Below are positions 25,046-39,436 of a stretch of 64,000 nt of DNA, in pieces. A program made the translations under genes and the position numbers. Location of the stretch: NCBI RefSeq assembly GCF_902652985.1, contig NC_047023.1, positions 12,710,001 to 12,774,000 of the forward strand, written 5' to 3'. The stretch's first letter is position 1. Each line of letters starts with the position of its first letter. Below the pieces are notes generated by a model. That model did not search any database. It worked only from the letters and a program-made list of their open reading frames with translations, and was not told the origin of the DNA. Source of the DNA: Pecten maximus. Lineage: Eukaryota.

Positions 25046-26876
25046 AGAGGATACTGGACACTTTTACGTGAAACACTGAGCTTTGTTTATCCCGGGTGTG
25101 AAATTACACGGCAAATGAAAAACAACTTGCATTTTGAATGGATACCTGTCATCGAAATAATTCACAAATATCCATTGCCATCCAAATCCTTAAATTTAGC
25201 GAATATTGCCGTTACATATATCGTGTCATAATGCATACATGTATTTGTAACCAGAATAAGAATTTCTGAACACATAAAATAAAACCTAATCTTGTAAAAG
25301 TTTATTCTTTGATTGGTACTCATAAAAAAACTACCTTATATGGAGCGAGCCGATTAAGATGATTTGTGATATTGACTATGCATTTCTTATTTCAGAAACT
25401 TTAATATTAATTATCCAAAAGTCCTTCGTCTTCCCAGCTAACACAAAATATTGAACTGCATGATTTGGACAAATATCAATGTAATTAAGTTCAAGGCTCT
25501 CGAATCTCTTAACAACAGAATCAGTAAAATTGGACTGGCTTGTAGTGAGAATCTTGGAAGATGAGACTATGCAGAACGTGTTGCCTTAAGATACTGGAAA
25601 TGCACATATTCAAGTGTTTATACTATTTTGGCGCTTTTCACTCTTTAAGTATTGCGCTTAATAATGATTGCGCTTAGTAACATTTTCTATGTGCTATTTT
25701 CTGCAGAAAATATGAAAGTGCGCTGATTCTTTCTTGGCGCTTATTTGTTATAATTTGGAAATGTGGGTAAATTTGAGCCCGCCAATAGTAGTACATTTGC
25801 AGTATCGATCTAACTATGGGAATTCTTCTATTTGATAACGATTAAAAGAGGAAGACTAACCTATCTTACTAATCTATTAGGATTCGTTTATGTATTATTT
25901 TTCTGACTGTAAATGACTGTAATACAGACTACGGAATTTATTGAATTGTGAGTAGTGCTGACTGTCTTCGGAAAAGTTCTCTTATTTTCGGCGTCTCTAT
26001 GTTATTGAAATTTAACTATATTTTGGTTTTCTGTAATAATTAAAACCATGTTTAGTCACCGTTTCGCAAAAGAAACTGCTCTTGCTGTACCTTTGTCTTT
26101 AAATATTCAAGATTTGCAAAATAGATTTTTGTATGTACTAAACTGCCTATCATTCATATGTCTTGGAAGCTTATTTGCAACGGACACTATGTCCTCGCTA
26201 AAGTCATGAATTCACAGAAGTTGGGATGAACCAATCATGTGAGTAGAGTTTAATACCTGTGCATTCAGTTTCCTCTCTTTAATTCGTCATAATTCGTAAA
26301 ATAATCTGAAACTCTTTTGGGTCTTTTAAGCTACTTTTTAAGCTCTCATTACCTTGACGTAACCTAGGGTTACATTTTGGCCGAGGACGCTTCCCCTTCC
26401 GAACCCTTCCTACTTTGTTTTTATCGAATTGAGTCAGAATTCTGAAAACTTTTACTTGGCGTTATTCTCTTGTTGTACTTCTAAGCAGTAGCTTTCTTCC
26501 ACATGTCAATGCCCAATTTTCATCTTCCAGTCGAGCGTTCGCAATTGTGAACCCCCCTCTACTCGAGACACCTCGAAAACCGCGAAATACTATTATTAGT
26601 AGGTACTTCTAGGTCCCTTTGTATTAACCACTGAAATGGCTTTACAAGGACACTTAAAATGCCCATTCCGATGTCAATATAATGGAACGGGAAGGTTAGT
26701 ATGTCAATATGTTTGGAAAGCAAGATATTTCAATGAAATAAACAATAAAATCTGTTCTTTGGTTTGTTCCGTGTAACAATTGGGAAGAAAAGAGAAGGCA
26801 TAGGTTTCAAATCCCAGTTGCAATGGATGTAGTAGGGAAGGTAACATAGTTTTCGTTACCACTCCCAATTATGTAG

Positions 26877-27101
26877 GTGGTCGGGTTGCAAAGTGGTTAC
26901 AAACTTGCCTTTGAAATAAGCGGCCGGGGTTCGATTCTCAGAGCGGACGTGAAAAGGTATGGGGTCTCCTGCCCGACCACGGGGGTTTTCACCGGGTACT
27001 CCGGTTATCTTCTACACTAAAACCCCGCGCTTCCACCGGGGCCAACAAGATTGATAGATATATAATTTTGTAGAGTTTTTCTCAATTGTTTTAGAATAAA
27101 T
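26877..27101 (+). mobile_element. tRNA-derived V-domain SINE (family B)
   Basis: A-box-like TTGCAAAGTGG, B box GGTTCGATTCT, V-like core GGGTTTTCACCGGGTACTCCGGTT, ends near AATAAA. Confidence 0.7.
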
Positions 27102-28398
27102 AGTCGAGATTCTGCAGCGGGATCGAGAATAATTCGGCTCTATGATTTGATGCTGCAGATCGTGAGTTTAAAACAAACAAGTTTACATTTAATGAAATGT
27201 GGTTTCGATTTTAATTAGGTGAATGCCATGTACAGTATGCTCCTTATCGTGATATGTTAAAATCCTTTTTTTTTGGTAGCCGGCTAATGTTAAATGACTG
27301 GAGTTTCTAGCATACAAAAGTTGTAATTACTACAGATAGCTTTGCGTTTGATTTTTATTTTGTCAGAAATATTTTCTGAAAATGGTGTGATTCTCTCTCA
27401 TCATAGCCTTTCAGTAACTTTAACATTTTACCGTTAAAGATGTAGTTTTGATATGGTCGTTATAACATAAAGCCTGGGAATCGCTTAAGTAAATTAAAAA
27501 AAGAGAGATTTAAAGACAAAATAAATTAGTTGTAACAGGTTATTGGCAAATAATTACTATATCTAATATGTTGGTGTAATATTTTCGCAATCATTGCATC
27601 TAGACAAATATGAAGTGCACAATTTTCGCTACTCCCGTATAATGTATTGGACGTTTTTTAAAAATATATAACCATTGTGCATAATTCCCACTTTTAAAAC
27701 AAAGCTTATAATAACAAAGATTAAAAGTTGTAAAGTGACAATTTTCATGTAAATCTAGCTTTTCAATCTTTTAGTACATTTATATCCATACAACCATCCT
27801 TTGCCATACGAAATGAAAATAAGATTCAATCTTACGTAACTTAATTGCGCGGGGTGCAAATTGAACAAATCAATGAACAAAACGAGAGTATTACTTTTAA
27901 TGAAATGGCTGGATGACATCACCAAGAATTATACATTGCAGATGTTTTGTTTAGAGCAGATAACATTCTTCAACGACACATTTAATTTGTAATTAATCTT
28001 AAAACATTGTGCATCCCCGTCGCTTTGATTGAGATGAAATGGAAACTAGATATTTCACATTAACAACTCAGAAAGGAAAACTAAATCTCCTGTAAATATA
28101 AACGAGTCCAAGTAAAGGCGTTATAAGATCACGTAAATTTAATGCACCATAAAATTTTATGACTATTATCTAAGAAAGACATTTGCAATGACAACATTAT
28201 TATCTAGGTAATAGTTTCTAAATAAGTAAGACGAGTTGAGAACCCACTTTCAATTTTTGAAATTGAGAGAGCAAATTATCCTAATGTGGCTTTGACGATT
28301 TTAAAAGGGTAACCTACCCCTATTCAGGAAGCAATTTACATTTAGTGGGCCTATTCGATGAACCGCGCTATTAACTGTCAAGATCATTACCGAGAAAA

Positions 28399-28440
28399 CG
28401 GAAGTCACTTGTTTAGAAAATATACTGTAACATGACGTCA
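28399..28440. promoter_or_regulatory. ETS site (CGGAAGT) plus perfect CRE (TGACGTCA)
   Basis: Motif match only; no associated gene identified. Confidence 0.2.
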
Positions 28441-28774
28441 GTATTTAAATTAACATTAAGTCTAGCCGATTCGTTGATGTCGATGATAACATTACGTTTA
28501 AAGAGCAATGTACAACAAATTTAGATAAATTTAAGAGATATAATAAATTCTTTCTTCGCTTATCTTGTTTTCAGACCACTAGTCCCTAGCCAGCAAATGC
28601 ACCTTTCAATAATTTAGGCGTCTCCTGTTTCTTAATATTAGAATTTGGGACTAGCGCAACTAAACCATGATAAAGGTTTTTTCTTGGAGTCTAATCGTCT
28701 ACCATTAATAGAGTTCAACAGACGTATAATGTTCGATGACAATTTTGGCGTAGGAAATGTTGCCAACTTCAAAA

Positions 28775-29078
28775 GGAATAGGAGACGAAATGCAAAGCCA
28801 GACCCGGGTTCAAACCCAGGATATCCGAACACTAGCCGGGTGCTCTACCATTTGGACTACCTGGTCGCCGGCGTTCATCCCAGTCTAGTGCCGCTACATT
28901 CCTTCCTCCTTCAACGAAGTCTTCCCAAAGACTCACACGAACTCCTATACCACTTCCTTGGGTATTTAGTTTGGCGCAATATATTTAATAGGAGAGCAAG
29001 AATGCACGGCTAGACCGGGGTTCGAACCAGGGACCTCCAAACACTAGGCAGATGCTCTAGAAATTGAGTTCCGCTACA
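28775..29078 (-). mobile_element. TRIM (miniature LTR retrotransposon) with a tRNA-like sequence inside each LTR
   Basis: Two direct repeats starting TGTAGCGG (29078 and 28898, - strand); PBS-like TTGCGCCAAAC (28969-28979; 9/11 to the tRNA-Lys PBS TGGCGCCCAAC); PPT AAGGAGGAAGGAA immediately before the second repeat; ~85-bp internal region. Confidence 0.8.
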
Positions 29079-32000
29079 CAAATATAAACAACCAGAAATA
29101 GTTACACTGTAGCAGTGAAAGTAGTACTGGACATTTTGCAAATCCGACAACAGATATGGAACTTTGAATTTATTTTCTTAAAGTGGAATATATGTATATT
29201 TCAATTATATCGGGCTATAATTAATCGCCAATTTCAAGTGTGAACTCACGGGGTACATTGTTTAAGAATAACTCATTTTTTAGTTCAAATAGCCATTTGT
29301 CGATTGTTTGCGCGGTTGGAACAGGATTCTGAATGTCGATGAAATACGCACCATACGCAGATTTTGATGCAAGTGGATTTGTACATGGGAAACTAATTAA
29401 TTGGCATGACGTCGAAATGGCTTCTCTAGACGCACACAAATGCGTACTAATCTCATCTACATAAATACGCAGAGAGGTTATAAAATTGCTATTAACATGC
29501 ATCATCAAGAAGCCTTCCTAATTAGTAGAGCTTATCGTGGATGGCATGGGAGAACGCCTGAAGAGGATTGTATATTGAATTCATAGACACTTTCGCTAAA
29601 AAACAGCATTCCTCTCTCATTTTGCATTCTGTCTATTGTTTGCTGTTGTGTGATATCACTGTTACCCTAAATACTAGTCTATTACTATACAGATATTTCG
29701 TAAAGTAGCACACTTTCATTTATAATAAGAGAAAAGATATTGAGAGGAATAAAATATCTCAATATCGAGAACAAGGGCAACGTCATTTTGGTAGATGGTG
29801 ATCTCTGACTAGAGGTTGATGCGGCAATTGTATTGTAAATCAATTTAGGTCTGTTTCACATGTGATTATCTCGACAAATGGTACCAATAGGGCACTCTTT
29901 GTATAGACACATCACTGAAATTATCAATAAAGGTCACTAGGGAATTGTAAAATGTTCTTCGCCATCATGAATTTACGAGGCCATAATTCAAAATGGATAG
30001 ACTCCACGAACATCAGTCTGTGCTTGGAGTTATCATTTTCAGAATCAGAACATCATTTAACTGAAAGCCCCATTACTGCACATCAATCAAGCTTCAGACT
30101 GATATTTCCGTCCAGACTAGAGATTGTCTTCGCCGTTTCCTTGCCAAAAAAGTGGCAAAAATGGAATATTGAGCAATTTAAAAAAGATGTATCATGCGTT
30201 CGATGTAATCTTTGGAGCAGAATGGTGCACTCCAACGCCAATGTAATTAAAAGAAACATAAAAGAGGAATAGAAGCTGTTGACATGAAGTGTGATATCGC
30301 TTATGGAATTAACAGCCAACATGTACAATTCAACTTAATCTTGTTAGATCTTGTCAGACCTCCTTGGTAATTTTCAAATCAGAGAGCGTTACGTTATCTA
30401 TAAATTTTGATTTGTCAATCGACTTATATATGCTGATATAAACCCACCGAATCAAAGTTAACAGTATCGGTATGACATTAACATCACTAACCATGTTTAA
30501 ATCCTTTTATCATAAGCCTCCACATTTAAAGCGTTTGCATTTTCATATCCACTAAGCTTCACCAATCCTGAGCATTCATAATATCACTGATATAACCATA
30601 GGTAGGTCATTCTTTTCGTGTAGACGTTTTAGTATGTTGCACTTTCTACCACAATACGCTGTGCTATTCAGTGTTCGGACCATTGCGTAAACGTGCTGAC
30701 TGTTGGATAGCTATATCAATATACCTATAGTGGTATATGACCTTTCAGTCTTTCGATTGGTTGTTGGTTGATCTTTTTTGAACTTTGGCCCAAACCTTTT
30801 TTTCTCTTGTGCTTTGTGTCACATGATCATTTGTTAACGTAATAGGGAATCGTTTTGATGCGAAACTGTCGTGTCCAGGTCATGAGCTACATGTACAGAC
30901 TGCTTCTGAAATAAGATCTATCACGGTGACGGGATCTGGTACTATTTCCCCAACAGTTGCAATTCGACGTAACCACTTATTCGACACTGGTTTCTCTCGA
31001 TGATTTTGATAATGATGGCTTTATTGCGTCAGAAGTAAACAAAATGCACGTTGATGTATTTCAAACTGTAAGTCGGTGAAAAACGACGCATTAAAACAAT
31101 ATCATTTGCTCAGAATTTAGAGGTCTTGTATAAGATGGCATATTAATATGAACCTTTATAACACGGCCATATCGCAGAAACGTCTCAGATGATGGGTCTT
31201 GAACTCTGACAGTGACAGCGAATAGCTCACGTTTTTAGCTGGAAGAAGATGTCATCGCGTCAAATACTGACGTATACAAATAGTCCGCGACTGTTTTAAT
31301 GTGGATTAAAGAGCAGCAGATATTAAAGCACGAGAGACGCCTTACTGTCCTGGCAATATTGAGTTTCCTGACAATAAATGTTTTATCATTTTTTTTTCCA
31401 AATATTAGTTATTGATATTTTACATAGGATTATATCACTACGCCATATTTGAATACGTTAATAATAACAATCGTGCTTTCAAACCTGGTAACCATCCCGA
31501 TGTTTTCGACATGTGATGCAAACAATTCACACGACTCATGTTGGTTGGATATGATGTTTATTTTACTCTCGTTTGTTGATTTTCAGAAAGTTAAAGCTCG
31601 TTTCTTGCTTAACTTAGAAATAGGTAACTGGCGTGAAATAAAAACCATATCCAACTACCACTCATTATGAAACAACTGTATATGTTACTGTCAAATAGGA
31701 CTTATTTCTTACCAAAAAATGTGTATGGCAACGCCACTCTCATTAGCTATAGTTAACATGTATGCTCTACACCCTATAGCAAGAAAACTAAGACAACAGA
31801 TATGATTGAAAATGACCACAGCCATGACTCAGAAAACAATAATTAATGCAGACAATGTTCAAATTCTGCGTTTGGTACATCCAAGAAGATGGTTGCTGAA
31901 AAAGTAAGGGAACGCGGACTCTAACTGCTGTTGACCAATCAGTGACAAGTCTTAACATAACCCCGATGAGCTTATCAGCAGCCAATAAAAAGAAAGCAGC

Positions 32001-33254
32001 ATGGGCTGTCTGGAGACGTAACAACGTACATATCGAGTACGTAAACATTTTAGCAAATGATTACTAGGAAATTTAACCAAAGTACGGTTGCTAAAACCTT
32101 TAGAGAAATAATAAAAGTAAATAACTTGTTATGCTGTTAGGAGAATTACTTAAGCTAATTACTAAACTACACTTTACGGTCAAAATGAATGCCATGCGGA
32201 AGTAGCAAAATATGCATTTCATGTAAATGTACTTAGATATTTCTAGTTAGCGTTTATAGACGCCCCCATCTGTGAGTTATATATCAATATACTTATCAGA
32301 TTGTTTGCTCAACAATTTACGTTTTGTACAATTATGTTCAGTATGAACCTACTTTATCTGCAATTAATTGTCATTATTTTTTTCCAGAGGTTCGTAATGT
32401 GCTGAACGCTGTTCTGGTATTGATGGCGTGTTCGGTTATGAATGAGAAACTTTTGTTTACCAAAGATAACATTGCCATGTTAAACAAAGTTTTATGTTTA
32501 TGTAAATTGGTGCCATTATGCAACATAAATTTTGTGACCAATAAATTCGACATAAAGGCAAAAAAAAACTATTATGGCACATTCAAATCGGTATAAAGAT
32601 CATCAAAACAGCTACTAAACAAAACAGATTGCCTAGTACATGAATAATGCTTTTCGACAAAACACTTTGATATACCGAATGGGGAGACGGCAGTATAAAC
32701 CACAGCCTCTGGCTATATTTTGTGCAGAAATTTAAAAATAATGGATTGATCAATGATTTGTGTTGCAATCGGCGATAAACAATCCATGCGTATTGATTGC
32801 ATATAACATTGCATTATTTTTATTAGACAGTGATATTAAAGTACGTCAAATTTCCCTCTGGTGCAGGCTGTAATATAAGGCATGACTGACAGGTAATCAT
32901 TAGGTGACATATACTTCTGTTATTTTACAATAAAGCCACGGAAGCAAATTAGGAATTAAGTGGTTTCGCTTTTCGGTATAAAGATAATTTCATTATATGT
33001 TCTACTTAAATTACAAAGCATGACAATACAAAATATTGCTATTGCTTACATTCATTCCACGCATTTAGAAAGTTCTGAAGCCTGTAATTATGCCCAAATA
33101 TTTTTGCTGCACAATGATGTTCTAACTACCCCCTTTACAAGATCGGTAGAGTTTCCGTACGGGCAATGTGCATACAGATTCATCGCAATATTGTTTGCTA
33201 AACCAATATAAAGCTAATTAAAAGCCTCACATCAATATCACATGCAAAAGAATT

Positions 33255-33441
33255 TGGTTTATTTGGTTGATTTTGTTTAATGTCTTATGGCCAGCCAGGG
33301 TCATTTAAAAGCGTTCCAGGTTTTGGTGGTGGAGAAAAGCCGAAGTACCATCTGCCCTCGGTCAGTACCAGGTAACTGCCTCGCGTGGATTTCGAACTCC
33401 AGAGGTGGAGGGCCCAGTGATAATGTGTAAAGACACCTTAA
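33255..33441 (-). mobile_element. V-domain SINE, family A, degenerate copy
   Basis: Colinear with 49311-49528, with deletions. Confidence 0.8.
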
Positions 33442-36400
33442 AATGATATTGAAGAATATGTCAAAAGTAGAGAGTATTACCGCTGATGTTCAGCATTTAC
33501 CAAAGGCTGAATAATGTAGGGATATTTTGTACTCTCTGTGCTTCCTTTACATAAATATCAGCCCAATAAAGAGTGCATGTAAATGTACCATAAAATACAA
33601 ATAGCATCAATCACCTACAATTTATATCCAAAGCATAACGCTTTAGTGTATTCCGTTATTCTTTAACTTCGCCGTAGTGATCATAGTAATTTACTTTAGA
33701 AGAAGTTTGGACGGTGAAACTTGGAGCCAAGAGAATATCAAACATCATCACCATAATTTGCGATATTGGAATTTCCACGATATAGTATTGTTATCTTTGA
33801 CGGCAGCAACTTAACAAGCTATTGAAATAATAACATATTGAAGATAATGAAATGGTCCTGAGTTGTTCCAACAGTAATGGATACTAATTTTATCTGTCTG
33901 TATACGCCTTTATATTTGAGGGGAATTGAATATAAAATCAAGTCAGTATCCAAGTTGAACTCTATCATAAGCTTCCAGAATAGAAATATCAACTTACAAA
34001 GCAAAATTTAAAAACATTCGTTTATCCGAGAACACGTCAGGCTTATGTGTATTCAGAGATCAAAGAGTGATATTACTTACATGATTATTGTGGTGAACGA
34101 CTTAAATGCATATAATCCCGAACAAATTTGTTTTACATCATCCGTGAAATTGCTTTTTGCAAAAAATATCATCTAGATTTAATTGGATGATATAGATCTT
34201 CCTGAATGCAAAGCGTCAGTAAACACCAAGTGACTCAATATTGGTTACCAGCGCTGTAGACGGATGACCTTAGTAGTTGCAGGATCACAGAACACCAAGA
34301 TACATCTGCCAGAGATTTAATATTGATATCAATCAGGTGTGTGGTCGGAGGACAGACAGAGGGGATATATTTTGTAAATTCCCGCGCTAAATCACATAAA
34401 CACTTCACATAATCTCTCGACAAAAGAATAACATGCGTTGATATTTAAGGATTCTAAACGGGTAGTCTTCCGCGTAGGAAGTGAGCTTTCAATTTAAGTG
34501 TCAACTAAGATGAAATGTAGTTGATTGAACATTGCTTATATTGACATTATAATAAATGCAGCTGCAATAAACTATATACATGTATGTATATTGCATGAAT
34601 CTGTATACTTAGTGATATTTACCTGGTCGACACCAGAATGCGATTATACTGAATCCCATTAGACGACAATTATGTTTTAAAATGTATTTACTTTACTTAT
34701 TTTGCAGTCAAAGAACTATTTTATTAATATTGGATTGTCTATATTTAATTTTGCCCTTGTACTGTATTGGTATAACGGTTTGTTTAGTTGAAAAGAAAAC
34801 TCAAACACTTATCCGTTAAGTGGATGAAATACATATTGTGTCCTCGCTTTGCATTCTGGGTTGACATTGCAGTTATTCTCACTCTCTCTTGCTCTCATCA
34901 TAGACATCTGCGTCTGGATATTATTTATAGAAAAAAAGTTTGTCCCCTCTCCTACTATATCAATAAGGTGTAACACTCGAAGATTGGACGATGAATCGAC
35001 TGTTGAAGAGAAGTAGGCTATCGGTCTTTTAGCTGTTTTAAAACGGGCAGTTTAATTGGTCGACAAGTATTGTTTACAGAGCTGTCGGCCTATCACATTG
35101 CCCTTTTCTGCCGTTTCCCAGTCGATGCACTGTCCGCTAGCTCGACCGCTTTTGGTCAATTTTCTTATCTTTGAATCATTATCACAACACAAAAGAATAA
35201 CATGCGTTGATATTCAAGGATTCGAAACCAAACTACGTTAAAGTATGAGCGAATTTGATATTTTAGTCGGATAGAACAGAAATTCCAAGTGAATCGAAGC
35301 TCACCCCATTTTAGATTTTTCAAGTGTTACATCTTGATGATATTAAAGAATATGGGGCTAACGTTAATTTCCTATAAATACTTACCATACACAGAAACCT
35401 GATACCTGTGCAGTTATGTTCTTTCCATACATAAATATGTATCCATACACATTTCGGTTTTATATTACATGTTTTCATTAATCAAGTCAATTTAAGTATT
35501 GTACCATTTGGATTGTCCAATAATGATCAAACAGTAAAGGTTGACGATTAAGAGAAAACTTCAAACCCTAGTCATTATCATGTGTAAGGTTTTCTTTCAA
35601 TCCCACAGACATCATCGTAATACATATAGGAAAGTCAAGTGATGAAGAGAAGAAATACAGCTGATATATTATAAATGGCAAAATTAATGTTATCAAGTCA
35701 TATTAACACGTCTGCCGATTTCCCGATAACATAAGCACTTGTAGGCGCCCACACGACACTAATATCTTTAACAAAGGCCTTGATGACGCCTATTTGGCTA
35801 TAAGTGACTTACAGACGGAACAATTTATTTTTCCTTTTAAACCGCCCCGAAACCGTGTATTGATTTGACAAGTCAATTGCATTTTCTATATATATCATCG
35901 TAATAAATTCCAAGGCGAAATAGCTTAGACATAATACGCGATCAGATTACGGCACAGGACACTTGACAAATAAACAACAGTGTTGAATTGGAAATGATCT
36001 CGGTGTAAAAATTCTAGCTATTATTGCGTTTCACGAAGGCGTAGGCTGACAGGAAATAAACAAACAGCGGAAGATGACATCGGTTTCGCAATTTTTGTTA
36101 TAGATATTTTCCTACGCGAGACTAATCACGGTAACACGAACCTTTATGCACGTCTTATTTTTTCAAGTTAGCAAAAGTCATAAACATTGCGTTAATACAA
36201 CACCAAGGAAAGTTTTTTTTTACAAAAGATGTATTGTCTTACGAGCCATAGGAATTCTATGAAAAACATTATATATCGGGCATGAGCAGACACGAAATCA
36301 ATGATGTAGGAGTGTTAAATTGTCTTCGATTAAGCGGACAACCTGCATCGACAATAAAAAAGAAAGTACATCTGCTCAACAAGAAAGTCGGTCGAACGAC

Positions 36401-38974
36401 GATGTTATTTAGTAGTTCTAACAATATCTTGCAAAAAGGTACAAAATAAAAACGACTGAATTACGCATTCTAGGACGCATTAGTTGGATATGCTAGAGGG
36501 ATTGATGTCTTCTTTTTTTTTAAAGTTTCATTGAGGTATGACATTTTGTTTTTGAAAATTGTTTGATTCCGCGTCGCGGATTCTTACAAAAGTTTGCAAA
36601 CAAAATTATCACACAACGCTTATAATTAATTGTTGAAATTTATTTTCAAATTTAAAACATGTTTTTCGTACAGTTTAACTCATAAGAGATTACTTTTCAC
36701 AAATCAATGAACAACGTAAATGGTCGTATTGTGACATTTTCCGCGCCATTTTCGGATTTCTGAGGTATGAAGAAAAATCTCAACCAATCAGAAAGCCGCA
36801 TTCTGCTTGCAAACAATGGAAAATGTATTAAAATAGAATAAACAGGCCAATGTACAATCTCACATCACGATAAACTCTCCTGGATAAATTGGATTTCTGT
36901 GAGCACAGGTCTTTCTAAATTCATTTAATAAGACCATCTACGGGGTACAAAATTAAGATGTACAATGTACACATGTGCATCACAACTAAACAGAAATTGT
37001 ACATTTACTGGGGTCTAACTTAATAAATAGTCCGAATGGTATTCGCCCATTTAATACCGTTATTAAGTGTCTAAGATTAACCTAATGATTAGAGATGTAT
37101 GGGTTTCGTTTACAGGATTCTTGTCCGCACTTGTCACTAAGTGTTCCCAAATGAAGAAATATAGTCGTCCTTCAATTTTTATTGCTTGTCAGGTTAGGAA
37201 TTACCCTCCAAGGTTTTTAATCTGTTCTCTAGTTGTCGGGCTGCATGGTCGATTTGTAGGGAACAAAATGGAACGCATTACTTTTGTTTCCAAAACCATG
37301 CTGTTGGTTTACTTTACCCTTTTTTCTATTCAAAAGTTGTATTACATAACAGTGATTTTGTTAAAAAGATCAATTTGAAGTATTGACGATAAAATTAGTA
37401 GTCATATATCTAAGAATAATTACAAAAGAAGTTTATATGTTTGTAAAATACATATAAATGGATAAAGATTGCATGCGCATAGGTAGTTTGAGTATTTTAT
37501 GGAATAGTTTGTGTGCGTAATATAAAGATGAAATGTAATTATTTTATTATTGTTCAGGTATTAAATGCCTTTTGTGCCTTACAATAAATACAATGCATGC
37601 ACATAGTGCCCGTGTATTGTTTACATTTTACATGTACTTTAAGATTGCCTTTGAAAGCTTGAAGTAAACAAATCAAATCCGGTTTCTCTTGCGTACATAT
37701 CATGGTTTCAAATTAATTAAACTATCTTTTTAGAGCGGAAAACAAATTAGATTTAGTCGAATAAATGAACTCATGTGGGATCTGTATATTTTTCTACGTA
37801 TCATGTTGCCCGCAAATCGAACCATGTTTTTGTAATTCCCCCTTATGGAGATTGTTCAATCGTCGCTATTCGCCAAGGGAAAACCATGTCGAAATATATA
37901 ATTGAATGTATTGGCATGAAAGGGATAGCAGACAGCCTCCTGAAGAGTAAACTCATGCTCGTTATACAATGCACACATGATAGACATATTAAATTATTTT
38001 ATCTTAGATTTAAATAAAAAGGAAATTTTATGTTTCTGTACTTTAAGCCATGAATGTCATTGGTTGAAAATTACTTCGATCGATGCACGTGGTAGTTTTT
38101 TATTGCAATATATGAAAACAAGTCTGTTACATAATTGAGCTTTATCAAGAACCTCTAACGAATATGATGAGCTGGTAACTGTCAAACCTGGCTTTATTGG
38201 TAGATAGAATAGAATCCTAGTGTATTCGGGTTGTCCTACGGTGAATTCCCTAGTTTACTGTAATGGAGGACCTGTATTTTGAATTAATCAATCAAGACTG
38301 ATGAACTCTTAAAGGGTTAATACTCTCAACAAATGTATACTGACATTCCGTTCTTAAGCTGTATACACGTGAATATTTTGATTATTTCCCATTTCTTATA
38401 GCCATATTCCTGCTTGTCTCTACCTACAGTATTAACGAGTTCCAGTTTGATTCGATATGCTAAGAGTTGTTCCCATTATCACAATTTAGAAGTAAAAAAA
38501 AAAAAAAAAAAAACACCACCAACAACAGAGCAAAAAATCAAAAGCAAGAAAATACTGGAATTCTGGAGAGGTACGTTTATGAACAAACCCAGATATTTCA
38601 TTTTATAGTTTACATTATGACCTCGTCGGGAAATATTTCCTTTTTTCGGCATATCCGTTGATTGTCAATACCCTTCTTCTTATGTTGAGAATTAGATTAA
38701 ATCCGGATTCGACATAAATTTCTAAATTGCATGGCGGGTGTCGTCGATGAAGTAGACAACTATTAGCATCGGGAACACTTTATTATGTTGCTGCAAAGGT
38801 ATCCATTGTTCTTCTTTCTTAATACTATCCTCCGTCAAATCATGTTTTGGTGCCTTATTTAAGATTTTTCCTTATAACAGGACCCTTGTCCCAATAGTTA
38901 TCGGAGACTCAATTTTTGGTTCGTTTAGCGCCGCTGTTGACACCGTTGACTTACATTCTAAGTGTGAATTTATT

Positions 38975-39436
38975 GGACTAAGACCACAATTAATTTCACA
39001 ATATGTATCATGGAACATTTAATTCTAAAACAAATTCCCAAAATCCGGTAGCCACCTTTACCCCTCTTACCAGTCAAGAGCAATGTCTTGGGAGTAAAAT
39101 ATAAAAAAAAAATCAACACAGCATGTTGGCCTTTTTTCTTGAGATAATCGCATGCACGTGTCATCAACGTCTAATATAAACTTCCGGTTCAATGGTTGGG
39201 GTAAAGACGGGACCTGTCACACAGCACCCTGCGCAAAAATAAAATGCACAATATAAAAAATTGATACAGTAAATGTTAGAATGATACATGTATCTCTACA
39301 GTATTTCAACACCAATCTTGTACACAAATACTAAGTTCTAACAGGCATAGTATAGTTTTTACAAAATCACCTAGATTTCTAAGGGACTTCATTCTTGCCT
39401 ACTGAACCCGGAAGCATTCAATTGTGGTCTTAGTCC
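38975..39436. mobile_element. 462-bp non-autonomous DNA transposon with perfect 17-bp TIRs
   Basis: GGACTAAGACCACAATT (38975-38991) and AATTGTGGTCTTAGTCC (39420-39436); flanks TATT / TATA. Confidence 0.75.

Noticed and set aside
28645-29013. 122-aa ORF
   Set aside because: Runs antisense through the tRNA-bearing TRIM; no protein features.
29221-30328. 95-, 106- and 81-aa ORFs
   Set aside because: No recognisable domain or consistent exon structure.
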